Below, piece by piece: positions 61,315 to 64,000 of a stretch of DNA of 64,000 nt. Within the stretch, counting starts at the first letter, position 1, and every line of letters begins with the position of its first letter. Under the pieces are notes generated by a model. It searched no databases. It was not told where the DNA came from and saw only the letters and a list, made by a program, of their open reading frames with translations. Position numbers and translations under genes: made by a program. Source of the DNA: an uncultured Nitrospiraceae bacterium. Lineage in GTDB: Bacteria > Nitrospirota > Thermodesulfovibrionia > Thermodesulfovibrionales > Dissulfurispiraceae. Location of the stretch: positions 736,001-800,000 of the forward strand of contig CAVPIW010000006.1 of the NCBI GenBank assembly GCA_963705105.1. The letters run 5' to 3'.

Positions 61315-61396
61315 TTCACGTCCCTCCTTTCATGAAACATTTGCGAACTGTTGAAAGCATTCACGGGCCTTGCCAAAAACGTCAAGATTATATTTT

Positions 61397-61462
61397 CATA
61401 TACCACAAAAAAAGCCTCTTGTCTTGACATTTTTTCTCTTTTTTTTGACATATTTTCTTTTT
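61397..61462 (-). promoter_or_regulatory. Duplicated promoter/operator block, copy 2
   Basis: Similar to 56395-56459. Confidence 0.55.
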
Positions 61463-61544
61463 ATTAGACGATATCACCCCACTGAAGGAAGCGCCGGGCG
61501 CTTCGCCTCGCCTTTTTGCGCAACTGGAGGGGTATAATTACGCT

Positions 61545-62150
61545 ATGACCGATCCAGGGATACGAGTCGAGCCGATTTCCGTCGAAAACACATGCGGAGA
61601 GATGCTGAAGGGCGATTTATACAGGGCTTCTCAGCAAATTACGCATCTTGTCATCGTCTGCCACGGGCTGGGCATGGACAAGGACCATAGACTCATGAAG
61701 AGCATCTGTGAGAAATTCTCGCTCAGCGGCGTCAACGCATTCACCTTCAGCTTCAGCGGTTACGCCCATAGTGACGGCAAACAGCAGAATGCCTCCTATA
61801 CAAAGCAGGCGCGGGTCCTCTGTTCTGTCATCGACTACTTACCTACAGGCATCGCGAGGGAGACGGAGCCAAAGAGAGAAAGTGTTACAGGATCACGTCT
61901 GTCATAGGTCACAGCGTCGGCGGAACGGCTGCAATCCGCCAGGCCGCTTTTGACAGCCGCATCAAGTCGTTACTGCTCATCGCACCGAGGATAGACAACA
62001 GAAACTCGATCGTCGTGAAAGCCGTCGAGGAGAAGGAAGGCAGAGGGCTCGGCGAGGTCTGCCACAAGATTCACTTGCGATCCCGCTGCCTGCAGTATGG
62101 TCCAGACCGGATTGTCACCAGGCTTCTTGATCCTCTGCACAATGGATAAA
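61545..62150 (+). pseudogene. Frameshifted alpha/beta hydrolase
   Basis: VIVCHG and FSFSGYAHSDG in one frame; the GHSVGG nucleophile elbow appears in another frame after about 61880. Confidence 0.7.
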
Positions 62151-62326
62151 TCCCAGCAGCGGTGAAGCCGCTGAATGACTTTCCTGTTCTGATGATTGCC
62201 TCGCTCACTTTGTGTACTTCTTTGCATTTTTTGAAATCCCACTTTGCCATAACGTGAATCGCGATGATCCGACGCACGCTCTGAAGAGGCGGCTTGTACC
62301 GGAACCGAGTGGAGGGTCCGTAAGGG

Positions 62327-63676
62327 TCACGGCTTTGTTGCTTCCGAAGGGGGACATGTCAAGACAGCGCCCCTGAAGGGGTCGATGGCGGACTGGGCAT
62401 TCTGGGCATCGACCTTCCACTGCTCCTGCATGGCCGCTGCTTTCTCCTGCGCCTTGGCCATGGCATCGGTTTCGTCGTCACCTGTCACGCTGAAACTGAC
62501 CGCCCTGAAACGACCTTGAAGCGTCCCCCTCCATTTCTCGCCGATCCTCCGGTGACTTGCCTCGTGCGCACCCAGGACACCCATCATCACGTTCCATGCT
62601 TCCAGTTCGGCATCGCGGTTCTTCCTCGCCGACGGAGACCATTCCGGCTCGTCGACAGGACAATCGACGCTGACGCTGAGACCCTTGTGACCCTTGACGG
62701 TGGCCTTCACCTTTCCGTTCTTCAGCGTCTTGAAGCTGACATTCAGGTCGCCCTCAAAGGTATAGTCGCACCTCGTCTCGGCCCATTCGGGAAGGTAGGG
62801 CGAGTTTGAATTCAGCCAACCGACCACCTGATCGCATCGCAAGTGCTCTGGGACGGTATACCGCTGGATCACAAACGCAGACGCATCGTCACCGAAGGAC
62901 TGCCTGGAGAGTGCATTTACGCCCTCGTGGCCGGACGAGCCCCGGGAAGGTTGCTCAGGGGCGCCATGACCGGTCTGCTGGATTGAATGGGTCAGTTCAT
63001 GGGCCAAGAGCCTCATACCCTCACCCGAGTGAGGGGCATACTCTCCCCTCCCGAAGGCGATGTGACGTCCGAAAGTGAAGGCACGGGCGTTCAGCAGTCG
63101 CGCCGTGTCGGCAGCCCTCGTATCCGTGTGCACCCTTATGTCGCTGAAATCCTGCCCAAAGCGCCACTCAACGTCAGAGCGGACAGAATCCGGAAGGGGC
63201 TGCCCGCCATGCTTGAGCGCCCCGAATGCAGACTCGAAAGTCGGTCCTTTCTCCCCCTGTGAAGGAGTCCCTTTCGTCTGCAACTCTTCCTCTTCTCCCG
63301 GCGCCTTCTGACGCCGTAAAGTCGCGTCATACAGACTCGTCAGGAGATCCTCCTTTTTTTCCTCTGCCTGGCGATGGATTCGGGTAGTGCCATTCTGAGG
63401 CTCCCGACGACGAAGTTCTTTCTCCCCGCACGAGGGACTGTGTAGGTTTCAGGTCGGCTTCCGCAGGACCTTGTCAGCCACCTCGTCTGCCTCCCGCTCC
63501 AAAGGATCATGTGGACTGCCGACCCGGAGTTTTGCCCGGACCATGGAGACAGTTCGGGATAGGAACTCCGCATCGTTCCCCACAGACGGTCTTTGAAGTG
63601 AAAGCTTCGCCGTCATACGGCCAGGGTGCGCACGAAGGGTAGATCCGTGAGATCTCTTGTCCGCCTTTACAGCCAT
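62327..63676 (-). CDS. Full-length DUF4157 protein copy C (449 aa if TGA 63449-63451 is read through), with a second HExxH in the C-terminal domain
   Basis: GAGGTG RBS; AKLRVGSPHDPLEREADEVAD...KPT-U-NLHSPSCGE stays open into ORF 62327..63283; LLAHELTHSIQQ; GAHEASH. Confidence 0.82.
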
Positions 63677-64000
63677 GATTTGTTCACCTCACCAGGATTA
63701 TAAGATCTGAAAATCTCACATTTGTGAGCACAGATCATGGGCATCCGCCCACACGGCGATTCCATTTCTGCGAGGGAAGTCAAGATCGATGCACGATCAC
63801 CTTGCAGCGTCAGTGTTACATTCCCCTTTCCAAACGTGATAAGTCCACTTCTTCATTAACATCCCCCTCGCCTTCAGGTGATGGTGCGCCACTTCACGAA
63901 AACCATCCAATGTGTGCCTATCCCAATCCCTCCCGCGGCCTATGCCGTGCCGTGACCCGTCCGGTAACCCGGTCCGCCTATTGCTTCATAGATATCATGT

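Overview
A GC-rich bacterial chromosomal window. Gene content is compatible with an anaerobic Nitrospirota- or Deltaproteobacteria-type organism, but this is an inference. From left to right it holds: a sigma54-driven cluster of small stress proteins, RNB nuclease, ftsH, radical SAM, glgB and mgtA; an ECF sigma/anti-sigma pair; a multiheme Cys-rich protein; moeA, a PAS kinase, xth, rsmA, secA and livHMGF; a TA pair; secreted repeat proteins; tRNA-Sec (selC); and an accessory region with an M14 peptidase, an amidase and DUF4157 genes. The ORF track hides two main signals. (1) UGA recoding: besides selC, a thioredoxin/DsbA-like gene (UPYC) and two pentaheme cytochromes are each split by one in-frame TGA followed by a SECIS-like hairpin. 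Unexpectedly, all three DUF4157 (eCIS-effector-type) paralogs also carry an in-frame TGA at the same motif (K-P-x-U-x4/5-P-S-C-G-E), followed by an identical 14-nt hairpin. This is a candidate new selenoprotein family. (2) A dense family of modular non-autonomous elements with CCTT...AAGG inverted ends and 4-bp target duplications, including one nested insertion. All family assignments come from motif recognition by eye; no database search was run.
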